DNA of 64,000 nt from Deltaproteobacteria bacterium (GTDB lineage Bacteria; Desulfobacterota; GWC2-55-46; UBA9637): the NCBI GenBank assembly GCA_030690165.1, contig JAUYHF010000007.1, positions 26,722-90,721 on the forward strand. Reading direction: 5' to 3'. Position 1 is the stretch's first letter, and each line of letters opens with the position of its first letter. A program made the position numbers and the translations under genes. Positions 37,121 to 47,245 of the stretch are shown in pieces. The notes under the pieces are model-generated. The model did no database searches and was not told the origin of the DNA. It saw nothing but the letters and a program-made list of their open reading frames with translations.

Positions 37121-39535
37121 ATGGGTTTAGTCAAGGGTCTAAATTTGAATAGCAGCGGGCTGTTTCCGGCGGAAAAACCTTTTGGAAAGCCCGGACTTCC
37201 ATCGAACTGGTCTTCTGCTTCAAAGCAGGGTGTGGGAACAGCCTGCAATGATATTTCAAAGGTGTGGTTTACTATAGCAAACGGGATTATCACAGAGGTC
37301 TTTTATCCCACAGTAGATACAGCCAATATAAAAGACCTTCAGATTTTGGTAACCGACGGCAAGACGTTCGTTGATGAGGAGAGGAAAGACACAATATCAA
37401 GCATAGAGTATATTGCCCCAAAGTCCCTTGCTTATAGGATAATCAATACTGCCAAAAATGGAAGATACAAGATTGTTAAGCATATTGTAACAGATACTTA
37501 TGGGCAATCATTGGTGATTAAGACTTCATTTCAGGCCTTAAAGGGAAATCCAGATGATTACCGTCTTTTTATCTATCTTGCCCCGCATATAAAAAACAAA
37601 GGTTACGGAAACTCCGGCAGATGTATCAGCTATGCTGGCAAGGATTATCTCATTGCCTGGCGGGAAGATATCGCCATTGCCCTTACCGCCAACATACCTT
37701 TTAAAAATATGTCATGCGGTTATTCCGGTTATTCGGACGGCTGGCATGATTTGAAAAATAATCTAAAAATGGACTGGTTTTTTCACCGGATTGAGGATGG
37801 AAATATTGCCATGATTGCGGAGATTGACGCAAAGGAATTTACCGCAGTCCTCTCCTTCGGAAGAGATGATGTGGAGGCAGTGCAGGAAGCTAACAAAACT
37901 TTGGAAAGGGGTTATGATGCCATAGAAGCAGGGTATATAAAAGAATGGCATAATTATTTATCCAAACTGAAAGATTTTAGTGAAGAGGGTTTTGACAACG
38001 GCAGGCTTTATTGGATAAGCACGATGGTAGTAAAGGCCCATGAAGATAAGACCTACAAAGGCGGGGTTATCGCCTCGTTGTCCATACCATGGGGTGAAAG
38101 CAAATCAGATACAGAGACTGGCGGTTATCATCTTGTATGGCCAAGAGACATGGTAAAGGCAGCCTTTAGCTTTATGGCAATGGGAGACATGGATACACCT
38201 CTCGCGATACTTAAATTCCTTGAACGAACTCAGAAATCTGATGGCTCATGGCCGCAGAACATGTGGCTTGACGGCAGGCCATACTGGAACGGCGTGCAAT
38301 TGGACGAAGTGGCATTTCCCATACTTCTGGCATGGAGGCTTGGGGCTATGGGTATGCTGAAAGAAAATTTTTATCCCATGATTAAAAAGGCTGCGTCATA
38401 TCTGGTAAAGGAAGGCCCTATTACAGAGCAGGAGCGGTGGGAAGAGAATTCAGGCTTTTCTCCATCTACTCTGGCCATTGAAATCGTTGCCCTGATTTGC
38501 GCGGCTCAGCTGGCCAAAAAAATGGGAGAGGATAGAGAATCAAAATATCTCTTTGATATCGCAGATTATTGGCAGACACATATTGAAGACTGGACATTCA
38601 CTGATTGCGGTTGTCTCCTTTCTGAGCATCCTGAGCATTACCAGAGGATTGCCTCTGTTGCCCCTGAATCGCTTGATATGGGAGGAACAGCGTGTCAGAT
38701 ATTCCTTCCGATAAAAAACCTGCCATCCGAATCTATAAGAGAACATTCGCAATGTTCTGTTGTGGACGGCGGTTTTTTAGAATTGGTGAGATACGGCATA
38801 AGAGACCCGAAAGACCCGCATATTCTTAAGACCCTTCCTGTTATTGATAAACTACTCAAGATGGATACGCCATTCGGCGCTGTCTGGCACAGATATAATA
38901 ATGATGGTTATGGAGAAAAGGAAGACGGCTCGCCTTTTGACGGCTCAGGCATCGGAAGGGCATGGCCCCTGCTTACTGGCGAAAGGGGAATGTATGAATT
39001 TCTTGCCGGTAGTTCTATTGACCCTTACTTGAAGGCAATGCAGGGCTTTGCCAATGATGGTGGAATGATTCCAGAGCAGGTGTGGGATGCAGAGGATATA
39101 CCGGAAAAAGGACTTTTCAAAAATAGAGGCACCGGCTCGGCCACACCTCTTGTATGGGCGCATGCCGAGTATATAAAACTCTTGGTCAGCAAAAAAGAGT
39201 GCAGAGGCTGCGACATTGTTGATGAGATATACCAGAGATATGTGGTTAAAAAGACAAAGAGCAATATTATCGCATGGAAGATAAATAAACCTATAAAACG
39301 GATACAGGCATCAAACACCTTGCGAATTGTTACTTCTGAGATAGCCCTACTTCACTGGAGTAAGGATAACTGGAAAACCGTAAGGGACGATACCTTTGAG
39401 ATAACCGGGCTCGGGCTCTTTTATATTGATATACCTGCCGGGACATTTCAACAGGGAGACACCTGTATATTTACCTTCTACTATCCTGTGACGGATAAAT
39501 GGGAGGGTAAGGACTATATTTTAGTTGTGGAATAG
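37121..39535 (+). CDS. glycoside hydrolase family 15 glucoamylase/glucodextranase-type enzyme
   Basis: 804 aa; N-terminal beta-sandwich plus (alpha/alpha)6 domain with YHLVWPRDM and EQERWEENSGFSPSTLA catalytic-region motifs. Confidence 0.85.
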   Translation: MGLVKGLNLNSSGLFPAEKPFGKPGLPSNWSSASKQGVGTACNDISKVWFTIANGIITEVFYPTVDTANIKDLQILVTDGKTFVDEERKDTISSIEYIAPKSLAYRIINTAKNGRYKIVKHIVTDTYGQSLVIKTSFQALKGNPDDYRLFIYLAPHIKNKGYGNSGRCISYAGKDYLIAWREDIAIALTANIPFKNMSCGYSGYSDGWHDLKNNLKMDWFFHRIEDGNIAMIAEIDAKEFTAVLSFGRDDVEAVQEANKTLERGYDAIEAGYIKEWHNYLSKLKDFSEEGFDNGRLYWISTMVVKAHEDKTYKGGVIASLSIPWGESKSDTETGGYHLVWPRDMVKAAFSFMAMGDMDTPLAILKFLERTQKSDGSWPQNMWLDGRPYWNGVQLDEVAFPILLAWRLGAMGMLKENFYPMIKKAASYLVKEGPITEQERWEENSGFSPSTLAIEIVALICAAQLAKKMGEDRESKYLFDIADYWQTHIEDWTFTDCGCLLSEHPEHYQRIASVAPESLDMGGTACQIFLPIKNLPSESIREHSQCSVVDGGFLELVRYGIRDPKDPHILKTLPVIDKLLKMDTPFGAVWHRYNNDGYGEKEDGSPFDGSGIGRAWPLLTGERGMYEFLAGSSIDPYLKAMQGFANDGGMIPEQVWDAEDIPEKGLFKNRGTGSATPLVWAHAEYIKLLVSKKECRGCDIVDEIYQRYVVKKTKSNIIAWKINKPIKRIQASNTLRIVTSEIALLHWSKDNWKTVRDDTFEITGLGLFYIDIPAGTFQQGDTCIFTFYYPVTDKWEGKDYILVVE

Positions 39536-39552
39536 TCTGGAATAAAAAGGAG

Positions 39553-40269
39553 GTGATGATGAATAAATTACAAATATTCTTATTGTTGTTTATAATCATC
39601 TTCTTCCCGTTAATCAGTTATGCCGGGGATAAGGTTTTTTTAAGGGAGGAATTCAATGACCTCTCGAATTGGAATCCGCTCAATTTCCCTAAGATAAAAA
39701 GACATACCATTTATACCATAGAATCCAATGGGGAAGAGAGATATCTCAAGGCGGAGAGCGATGCCTCTGCCTCCGGAATAATATACAAGAAGGAGTTTAA
39801 TGTTTATGAATTCCCTAAGGTTAAGTGGCGCTGGCGGGTAGAGAATATATATAAAAAGGGGGATGTGAAAACAAAGGAAGGGGATGACTATCCGATCAGG
39901 GTTTATGTCGCCTTTAAATATAATCCGGAAAAGGCAACCTTTTCGGAAAAGTTAAAATATAATGCGGCAAAATTATTATACGGGGACTATCCCCCATACA
40001 GCGCTATCAGTTATATCTGGTCAAGCAAGGAATATCCGGAGAGGATGTTTACCAGCAAATATACAGACAGGGCAAAGATGATCCTCTTAGAGCAAGGGAG
40101 TACAAATGTCGGCAAATGGAAGACAGAGGAGGTAAATATCATAGATGACTATAAAGCCGCCTTTGGTGAAGATCCTCCTTCTGTTGCCACCATTGCTATC
40201 ATGAATGATTCTGACAATACAGGGGAGAAGGGGATTTCTTATATGGATTATATTGAGGTATATAAGTGA
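39553..40269 (+). CDS. secreted DUF3047-like protein
   Basis: Signal peptide; W..L.FPKIK..T.Y.....GE..LKAES.ASASG...K.F......P.V.WRWRV...........GDDYPIRVYVAF pattern. Confidence 0.55.
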   Translation: MMMNKLQIFLLLFIIIFFPLISYAGDKVFLREEFNDLSNWNPLNFPKIKRHTIYTIESNGEERYLKAESDASASGIIYKKEFNVYEFPKVKWRWRVENIYKKGDVKTKEGDDYPIRVYVAFKYNPEKATFSEKLKYNAAKLLYGDYPPYSAISYIWSSKEYPERMFTSKYTDRAKMILLEQGSTNVGKWKTEEVNIIDDYKAAFGEDPPSVATIAIMNDSDNTGEKGISYMDYIEVYK

Positions 40270-40354
40270 TGGAAATATTTTGACCTAACCATAAAAAGAC
40301 ATTATGTTGATAATCTGGTTAAATTTTACCTAAAACCTTAATTACAGGAGGGGT

Positions 40355-41437
40355 ATGTCAATTTCAAATTTATTTACTAAAATTCAAATTGGTCCTTATC
40401 AACTTCCCAATCGGATAGTCATGGCGCCTATGACCCGTAACCGCGCCGGGAACGAAAATGTGCCGACCGCACTAATGGCTCAATATTATAAACAACGCGC
40501 ATCTGCCGGACTAATTATCACCGAAGCAACACAGGTAACTCCTGAAGGAGTAGGTTATCCCAATACCCCGGGAATCCATTCAGATGAACAAGTAGAAGGC
40601 TGGAAACAGGTAACAAAGGCGGTTCATGAATCAGGAGGGCGGATCTTTCTGCAGCTTTGGCATGTGGGACGTATTTCCCATCCGCTTCTGCTTCCAAAAG
40701 GGATGAGGCCTGTGGCTCCATCGGCAATTGCGCCGCAGGGTCAGGTTTATACCCCGGAAGGGATGAAGCCCTATGAAATCCCCCGTCCGCTTGAAACAAA
40801 TGAAATCCCCCGGATTATAGAACAATACATTCATGGGGCAAAAAATGCCTTAAGATCAGGATTTGATGGAGTGGAACTGCACGGGGCCAACGGTTATTTA
40901 ATTGATCAATTCCTTCGTGATGGAACTAATATAAGAACTGATATATACGGCGGTTCCATAGAAAACCGCGCCCGATTTCTTCTGGAAGTTACAAAGGCCG
41001 TGATTGATATTTGGGGTAGTAACCGTGTTGGCGTGCGTTTATCCCCAGGCGGAACATTTAATGATATGAAAGACTCCAATTCTCTTAAGACCTTTAGCTA
41101 TGCGGTAAAAGAGCTCAAACAATTGGGGATTGTCTATATCCATATTATAGAAACCTCTGAGGCGGATAAACGGCATGAGGGAAATTCTGTTGAAACCAAA
41201 CAATTTCGGCCACTCTTTGACAAAGCTATTATTGTAAACGGAGGTTATAACCGTGAACGGGCAGATGCTACAATCAAAGATGGAGTGGCGGACATGGTCT
41301 CTTTCGGAGTTCCTTTTCTGGCAAATCCTGATCTCCCGCATCGTCTGAATATCGGCGCTCCGCTGAACATTCCTGATCCAGATACCTTCTATGGAGGAGG
41401 AGAAAGAGGATATATAGATTATCCGATTCTTAAATAA
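40355..41437 (+). CDS. Old Yellow Enzyme-family NAD(P)H:flavin oxidoreductase (alkene/NEM reductase-like)
   Basis: NRIVMAPMTRNRA, GLIITEATQV, ELHGANGYLIDQFL, NGGY...ADMVSFGVPFLANPDLP. Confidence 0.9.
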   Translation: MSISNLFTKIQIGPYQLPNRIVMAPMTRNRAGNENVPTALMAQYYKQRASAGLIITEATQVTPEGVGYPNTPGIHSDEQVEGWKQVTKAVHESGGRIFLQLWHVGRISHPLLLPKGMRPVAPSAIAPQGQVYTPEGMKPYEIPRPLETNEIPRIIEQYIHGAKNALRSGFDGVELHGANGYLIDQFLRDGTNIRTDIYGGSIENRARFLLEVTKAVIDIWGSNRVGVRLSPGGTFNDMKDSNSLKTFSYAVKELKQLGIVYIHIIETSEADKRHEGNSVETKQFRPLFDKAIIVNGGYNRERADATIKDGVADMVSFGVPFLANPDLPHRLNIGAPLNIPDPDTFYGGGERGYIDYPILK

Positions 41438-41497
41438 GAGCGCCATGAGGAGAAAGGGAAATAGTTTATCTGAAGGCAGAGGGAGTAACTGACGATT

Positions 41498-42610
41498 ATG
41501 GGTATAGCACTTCTTTTTCTGGCCACTTTATTCCTGGCCTATTTTAACGGGGCAAATGATAATTTTAAAGGTGTGGCCACACTCTTCGGAAGTAAGACCA
41601 TAAATTATAGGGACTCTTTATATTTGGCCACCATAACCACCCTTGCCGGTGCTCTTTGTTCTGTTTACATATCCTTCTCTCTTATTAAAATTTTCTCAGG
41701 AAAAGGGCTTGTTCCGGATAGTATTGCGGCCTCTCCTGAATTCTTATCAACTGTGGCCATAGGCGCAGGATTAACAATAATGCTTGCCACCCTGACCGGT
41801 TTCCCTGTCTCTACCACGCATAGTTTAACCGGAGCCTTGATTGGCGCCGGTTTTATGGCTATCGGCACACAGATAAATCTCAATACCCTGATTAACTCCT
41901 TCCTTCTCCCTCTTTTATTAAGCCCGTTAATCTCTGTTTCTCTCTCTGCCCTGCTTTATGCAGGATTACATTATCTGCGAATACAGGCCGACGTATGCAA
42001 GGAGTGGTGTGTTTGCGTAGGAGAGACGGAGCAACTGATCCCCATCCTTCAACCAAATTCTCTCGCGTGCCTTGAAGGTATAAAGGGGATAGATGCCTCT
42101 ATCGGCACAGTAGACGAATGTAAGGAGAGATACACAGGTAAATTTATAGGGATCGAATATCAGAAACTGATAGACCTGCTCCATATCTTTAGCGCCGGAA
42201 GTGTGAGTTTCGCAAGGGGATTAAATGATACCCCAAAGATTGTGGCCTTGCTTATGACGGCTTCAGTATTTGATATCAAATATGGGATCATGGCGATTGC
42301 CGCAGGGATGGCTATGGGTGGGATTCTTAATGCCCATAAGGTGGCGCAGACGATGAGCAAAAAGATTGTCCCATTGAACCCGGGACAGGGATTTGTTGCA
42401 AACCTTACCACCGCCATACTTGTGTTTTTTGCGAGCAGAGCCGGTCTGCCGGTATCCACTACCCATGTCTCGGTTGGTTCTATCTCCGGCATTGGTCTCA
42501 TTAATAAAAAGGTGAACATAAAGATCATTTCAGATATTTTGCTGGCATGGATATTAACCTTACCGGTATCAGCTATTCTCAGTGCGGGTATTTATTTGGC
42601 ATTAAAATAA
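41498..42610 (+). CDS. PiT/PHO4-family anion (phosphate/sulfate-type) transporter
   Basis: Two PHO4 repeats (GANDNFKGVATLFGS; ARGLNDTPK). The central loop has five Cys (CKEWCVCVG...ACLEG...DEC). Confidence 0.8.
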   Translation: MGIALLFLATLFLAYFNGANDNFKGVATLFGSKTINYRDSLYLATITTLAGALCSVYISFSLIKIFSGKGLVPDSIAASPEFLSTVAIGAGLTIMLATLTGFPVSTTHSLTGALIGAGFMAIGTQINLNTLINSFLLPLLLSPLISVSLSALLYAGLHYLRIQADVCKEWCVCVGETEQLIPILQPNSLACLEGIKGIDASIGTVDECKERYTGKFIGIEYQKLIDLLHIFSAGSVSFARGLNDTPKIVALLMTASVFDIKYGIMAIAAGMAMGGILNAHKVAQTMSKKIVPLNPGQGFVANLTTAILVFFASRAGLPVSTTHVSVGSISGIGLINKKVNIKIISDILLAWILTLPVSAILSAGIYLALK

Positions 42611-42627
42611 TCTTAAGGGGGATAACC

Positions 42628-44049
42628 ATGGAAGAATTTGATCTGACTATAATCGGCGGAGGTGTGGGCGGCCTGGTTGCGGCAAGCGGCGCAAGCCAGT
42701 TCGGGGCAAAGGTGGCCTTAGTGGAGAAAGAGAATCTGGGTGGAGATTGTCTCCATTATGGTTGTGTGCCCACAAAGACCCTTGTCCATTCTGCAAGGCT
42801 TATCTCTCTTATGCGCAGGGCTACGGAGTTTGGCCTGAACCCTGTAACGGTGGATTTTGAATTTAAGAAGATAATGGAGCATATGCGTGAGGTGCAAAAA
42901 AAGGTAGGGGAGCATGATGACCCTAAACGCTTTGAGAAGATGGGGATAAAATTATTTTTTGGAAAGGGAGGGTTTAAGGATACCCGGACATTTGAGGTAA
43001 ACGGCACAAACATAAAAAGCAGGAAATTTCTTATCGCCACCGGTTCCCGACCGGTAAAATTGCCGATCCCTGGTCTGGACAAAGTAGATAGCTTGGACAA
43101 CATAAAGATATTGGCCATTAATCACCTTCCTGAGTCCATTCTGATAATGGGCGCTGGACCAATCGGCATGGAATTTGCCCAGGTCTTCAGCAGATTTGGT
43201 TCAAAGGTAACAGTAATTGAGAAGGCAGGTCAGATCCTTCCGAGAGAAGAAAAGGAGCTCTCAGATAGATTAGAAGGGATATTAAAGAGGGAAGGTATGG
43301 AAATCATTACCTGTGTTGAGACCAAAAGGGTAGAACAGTCTGGGAATAAAAGGATAGTAGTGGCTGAGTGCAGCGGTAAAGAAAAGAGATTTGAGGCAGA
43401 CGAACTCTTAGTTGCCATAGGAAGGGCGCCGAATATCGAAGGTATGAACCTTGAAAAGATAGGGGTTAAAACTACCTCAAAGGGGATAGTAGTTAATGAT
43501 ACCATGAAGACTACAGTCTCCAATATCTGGGCATGCGGTGATGTTACGGGAATGTTTCCATTTACCCATATGGCGGAATATGAGGCCGGAATAGTAATCG
43601 GGAACGCCCTCTTTCCATTTGTAAATAGAAAGATGGATAAGACAGTAGTCCCCTGGACGACCTTTACTGATCCTGAGCTTGCCCGTGTTGGTCTGACAGA
43701 GGATGAGGCAAGAAAGGAATATGGGGATATCAGGGTCTACAGATACCCCTTCTCTGAACATGACCGCGCAATAATAGACGGAGAAACAGAGGGGATGATC
43801 AAACTTATATGTGACAAGAAAGGTAAAATATTAGGCGCCCATATCCTTGGAAAGGGCGCAGGGGATCTGCTAAATGAATATACCTTTGCTATGAAGAATG
43901 GTCTTCCGGTGCAGAAGATATCACAGACCGTCCATGTATATCCGACAATGGGGCAGGTAGTAAAGAGGGGCGCGGACCAGTATTATAAGGAAAGGCTATT
44001 TTCCGGCTGGTTTCCAAAGGTGGCAAGGTTTTTAATGAAATTTAAATAA
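42628..44049 (+). CDS. class I pyridine nucleotide-disulfide oxidoreductase (dihydrolipoyl dehydrogenase/'mercuric reductase-like' group)
   Basis: DLTIIGGGVGGLVAA, redox CxxxxC (GGDCLHYGCVPTK), second Rossmann motif (ILIMGAGPIGMEFA), dimerisation domain. No NmerA domain and no C-terminal Cys pair. ATG 42628 is preferred over the listed 42547. Confidence 0.8.
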   Translation: MEEFDLTIIGGGVGGLVAASGASQFGAKVALVEKENLGGDCLHYGCVPTKTLVHSARLISLMRRATEFGLNPVTVDFEFKKIMEHMREVQKKVGEHDDPKRFEKMGIKLFFGKGGFKDTRTFEVNGTNIKSRKFLIATGSRPVKLPIPGLDKVDSLDNIKILAINHLPESILIMGAGPIGMEFAQVFSRFGSKVTVIEKAGQILPREEKELSDRLEGILKREGMEIITCVETKRVEQSGNKRIVVAECSGKEKRFEADELLVAIGRAPNIEGMNLEKIGVKTTSKGIVVNDTMKTTVSNIWACGDVTGMFPFTHMAEYEAGIVIGNALFPFVNRKMDKTVVPWTTFTDPELARVGLTEDEARKEYGDIRVYRYPFSEHDRAIIDGETEGMIKLICDKKGKILGAHILGKGAGDLLNEYTFAMKNGLPVQKISQTVHVYPTMGQVVKRGADQYYKERLFSGWFPKVARFLMKFK

Positions 44050-44073
44050 AAAGAGGTAGAACAGGTAGAACAG

Positions 44074-46080
44074 ATGGAACTAATAGATAAGATGGTAGAT
44101 GTGATGAAAAATAAGATAAAGGTTATTCAGATAAATCTGGGTGATAAATGCAATCTGCGATGCGCTCACTGCCATATTGAGGCTTCTCCGGAAGGAAACA
44201 GAAATATGGATTCCAATACAGCAATGAAGGTCATCAAAAGATTAATCGAGACAGATATCAAAGATATTGAATTCACCGGCGGGGCGCCTGAATTAAACCC
44301 TAATCTGCGGCTCTTTATCGAAGAGCTCTCCAGCCATAATAAAAATCTGACTGTAAGGACTAACCTGACTGTGCTCGACTCACCTGCCTATTCCCTTTAC
44401 ATTGATCTATATAAAAAATATAAGGTGAAGGTCATTGCCTCTCTGCCCGACATATTTCCTGATACTACTGATAAGCAAAGAGGAAAGGGTGTTTTCCAAA
44501 AGAGTATAAATGTCCTGAATAGACTTAATGCGATTGGTTACGGGAGAGATGGCCTGTTATTAGACCTCGTGTATAACCCGGTAGGAGATTATCTGCCGCC
44601 TGACCAAAACGAGATTGAGAATAATTATAAAAGGTTATTGAAAGAGAGATATGACATCACCTTTAACAATCTTATACCCATTGTTAACTCGCCCATTAAG
44701 AGATTTAAGGAATCTCTTCAACAGACAGGCAGGTTAGAAGAATATCTAAAACTGCTTAAAAAGAGTTACAACCCTGCCACAATAGATAAGCTAATGTGCA
44801 GGAATCTGATTTCTATTGATTATAGGGGTTATGCCTACGACTGCGATTTTAATCTGGCCTTAGGTATGAAGACTAAAGGTTATGAAGACAGGAAATTCTG
44901 GGAGATAGACCTGCACAATTTTAATCAGGAGATCACCTTTGGGCAACATTGTTATGCCTGTACTGTTAATATGGGGAGCTCTTGCCATGGTGTTCTGATA
45001 AAAGAGGAGGAATCCAGACCAATGGGATTTGTTATGAAAGAAAATGTAAAGAGATATTATGGTGAAGAGTTGCAAAAGACCTCTGACTTAAAGACAGGGG
45101 CGTGCTGCAGCGCTGATCTTATCCCGGATTATGTTAAAGATGCGCTTATGCTGATAAATGATGAAATAAAGATGAAATATTACGGATGCGGCTCGCCTAT
45201 CCCGCTTTGCGTCGAGGGTTTGAATGTGCTTGATATGGGCTGTGGCACAGGGAGGGATAGTTATGTCATGTCAAAACTTGTAGGAGAGAATGGCTTTGTC
45301 TATGGTGTTGATATGACGGAAAATCAGGTAGGTATCGCCAAAAGATACATTAAAGAACAGACCGATAGATTCGGATACAAAAAGCCGAATATAGAGTTTA
45401 TCCTCGATAATATGGAAAATATAACCAAACACCTTAAAGAAGAATCAATAGATCTGGTAATCTCCAATTGCGTAATAAATCTGTCTGAGGATAAGGAGGC
45501 GGTCCTGAAGGCAATATTTAATGTCTTGAAGTGGGGAGGGGAATTTTATTTTTCCGATGTTTATGCAGACAGGAGGGCGCCTGACGAGATAAGGAAAGAC
45601 CCGCTTCTTTTTGCCGAGTGTCTTGGAGGGGCTTTGTATTATAAAGATTTTGTGCGGATAGCAAGAATATCCGGTTTCACTGATCCGCGCATTATATCTC
45701 AAAGGGAGATTCCTATTACAAATCCGGAGATTAGCAGTCTCACAGGCAATCTCAGATTCTATTCTATAACCTATCGCCTCTGGAAATTGGAAGGGCTTGA
45801 AGATGCCTGCGAGGATTACGGGCATATGGCCGTCTATAGAGGCGGAATCCCTGTATCACCATTCCGGTTTGAACTTGACGGCTCCCATATTTTTTATACA
45901 AACAAACCTGAACGTGTATGCGGTAATACTGCGCTGATGTTATCCAAGACAAGATTTGGCAGATATTTTGAAATAATCGGTGATTTAAAGGAACACTTCG
46001 GAGAATTCAAGGAATGCGGCACACCAGATAAATCTGATAGTAATAATAAAAATAGTAGTGTTCAGAGGGGATGTTGTTAG
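44074..46080 (+). CDS. fusion protein: ArsS-like radical-SAM (arsenosugar-type) N-half plus ArsM arsenite S-adenosylmethionine methyltransferase C-half
   Basis: One 668-aa ORF. N-half: CNLRCAHC (Cx3Cx2C), TGGAPELNP, LMCRNLISIDYRGYAYDCDFN, HCYACTVNMGSSCHG. C-half: YYGEELQKTSDLKTGACCS, YYGCGSPIP, VLDMGCGTGRD, SNCVINLSEDK. Ends ..VQRGCC. Confidence 0.8.
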   Translation: MELIDKMVDVMKNKIKVIQINLGDKCNLRCAHCHIEASPEGNRNMDSNTAMKVIKRLIETDIKDIEFTGGAPELNPNLRLFIEELSSHNKNLTVRTNLTVLDSPAYSLYIDLYKKYKVKVIASLPDIFPDTTDKQRGKGVFQKSINVLNRLNAIGYGRDGLLLDLVYNPVGDYLPPDQNEIENNYKRLLKERYDITFNNLIPIVNSPIKRFKESLQQTGRLEEYLKLLKKSYNPATIDKLMCRNLISIDYRGYAYDCDFNLALGMKTKGYEDRKFWEIDLHNFNQEITFGQHCYACTVNMGSSCHGVLIKEEESRPMGFVMKENVKRYYGEELQKTSDLKTGACCSADLIPDYVKDALMLINDEIKMKYYGCGSPIPLCVEGLNVLDMGCGTGRDSYVMSKLVGENGFVYGVDMTENQVGIAKRYIKEQTDRFGYKKPNIEFILDNMENITKHLKEESIDLVISNCVINLSEDKEAVLKAIFNVLKWGGEFYFSDVYADRRAPDEIRKDPLLFAECLGGALYYKDFVRIARISGFTDPRIISQREIPITNPEISSLTGNLRFYSITYRLWKLEGLEDACEDYGHMAVYRGGIPVSPFRFELDGSHIFYTNKPERVCGNTALMLSKTRFGRYFEIIGDLKEHFGEFKECGTPDKSDSNNKNSSVQRGCC

Positions 46081-46193
46081 ACTTATCTGATAAGATACTA
46101 CTTGCCTAAGGGGACTGATTTCAGTAAAATTAGCGATGTGCATCTTAGCAGAGATAGCGTCTCTGATAAACAATCGTATTAGGGGAGACAGAT

Positions 46194-46811
46194 ATGTATT
46201 CATTTAATGTCGTAGAATTCTTTGTAAAGGGCGGGATATTCATGTATCCGATAACCCTTTGCTCAATTATATCTCTCGGTATATTTATGGAAAGACTCTG
46301 GAATGTAAGACGGAAAAAGATTATACCAAACACCTTTCTTGAAAAGGTAGAGGCATTTCTTAAAAACAACAAAACAGGAGAGTCAATCGGATATTGTGAA
46401 AGTCATAATTCTCCAATAGCAAGGATACTTCATACAGGTATAAAAAACCGTGAAAGAAGCAGAGAGACTTTAAAGGGTGTGATGGAGGAGGCAGGGAGAA
46501 AGGAGACGGTCAGGCTGTTTAAAAATGTTGAGGCGCTTTCAACCATTGCAAGCATATCCACGCTTCTTGGTTTATTGGGCACAATATCAGGCATGATAAA
46601 GATTTTTGCTGTCATATCACATGAGGCTATAGTAAATCCTACAGCGCTTGCAGGCGGTATATCAGAGGCGCTCAATACAACAGCATACGGACTTACTGTG
46701 GCAATACCTACAATCATATTTTATAAATACCTTTACTCAAGAGTGCAGGCATTGATTTTATCAATAGAAGAATCCTCTCTGTATATTCTGGATATTCTAA
46801 AAATGGAATAG
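46194..46811 (+). CDS. exbB: MotA/TolQ/ExbB-family proton channel
   Basis: 205 aa; 3 TM; TIASISTLLGLLGTISGMIKIF...LAGGISEALNTTAYGL. Confidence 0.88.
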   Translation: MYSFNVVEFFVKGGIFMYPITLCSIISLGIFMERLWNVRRKKIIPNTFLEKVEAFLKNNKTGESIGYCESHNSPIARILHTGIKNRERSRETLKGVMEEAGRKETVRLFKNVEALSTIASISTLLGLLGTISGMIKIFAVISHEAIVNPTALAGGISEALNTTAYGLTVAIPTIIFYKYLYSRVQALILSIEESSLYILDILKME

Positions 46812-46812
46812 C

Positions 46813-47223
46813 ATGCATTTTAAAAGACCTGAAAGACATGACATAGGACTGGATATGACGCCGATTATTGATGTGGTGTTTAATCTCCTCATATTCTTTG
46901 CATTATCATTTAATTTCGGCATAACCCCCGGCATTCAGGTAAGACTTCCTGCTGCAAAAGGGGATGTATTAAAACATGAGAAAAAAGAGGTCATTGTGGT
47001 TGTAAAAAAAGACGGCAGTATATATCTTGAGCAGAAAAAGATAATCCTTTCAGACCTTCTGTCTGAACTTAGAAATGTCTTTCGCACAAATCCTGATATA
47101 TCACTCATAATACAGGGCGATGAAGATGCTTTATATGGCAAGGTTGTAAGGATCATGGACTCGGCAAAAAAGGCAGGTATTACAAAGATTGCAGTTGCAA
47201 CAAGACCTGAGGATGTGTTATAG
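46813..47223 (+). CDS. exbD: ExbD/TolR-family protein
   Basis: 136 aa; LDMTPIIDVVFNLLIFF TM with conserved Asp; periplasmic domain. Confidence 0.88.
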   Translation: MHFKRPERHDIGLDMTPIIDVVFNLLIFFALSFNFGITPGIQVRLPAAKGDVLKHEKKEVIVVVKKDGSIYLEQKKIILSDLLSELRNVFRTNPDISLIIQGDEDALYGKVVRIMDSAKKAGITKIAVATRPEDVL

Positions 47224-47245
47224 AAAAAGAAAGGAGGTGATACCG

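Noticed and set aside
42547-42627. Upstream start (listed 500-aa version) for the disulfide oxidoreductase
   Set aside because: It would overlap the PiT gene by 64 nt and add a non-homologous N-terminus. ATG 42628 follows a GGGGG RBS and begins directly at the FAD-binding GGGxGG motif.
42628-44049. Possible MerA (mercuric reductase) to complement the merA-less mer operon
   Set aside because: It has the CxxxxC redox site but lacks the C-terminal vicinal Cys pair and the NmerA/HMA domain. It also lies 20 kb from the mer genes in a different operon. It is called only a class I disulfide oxidoreductase.
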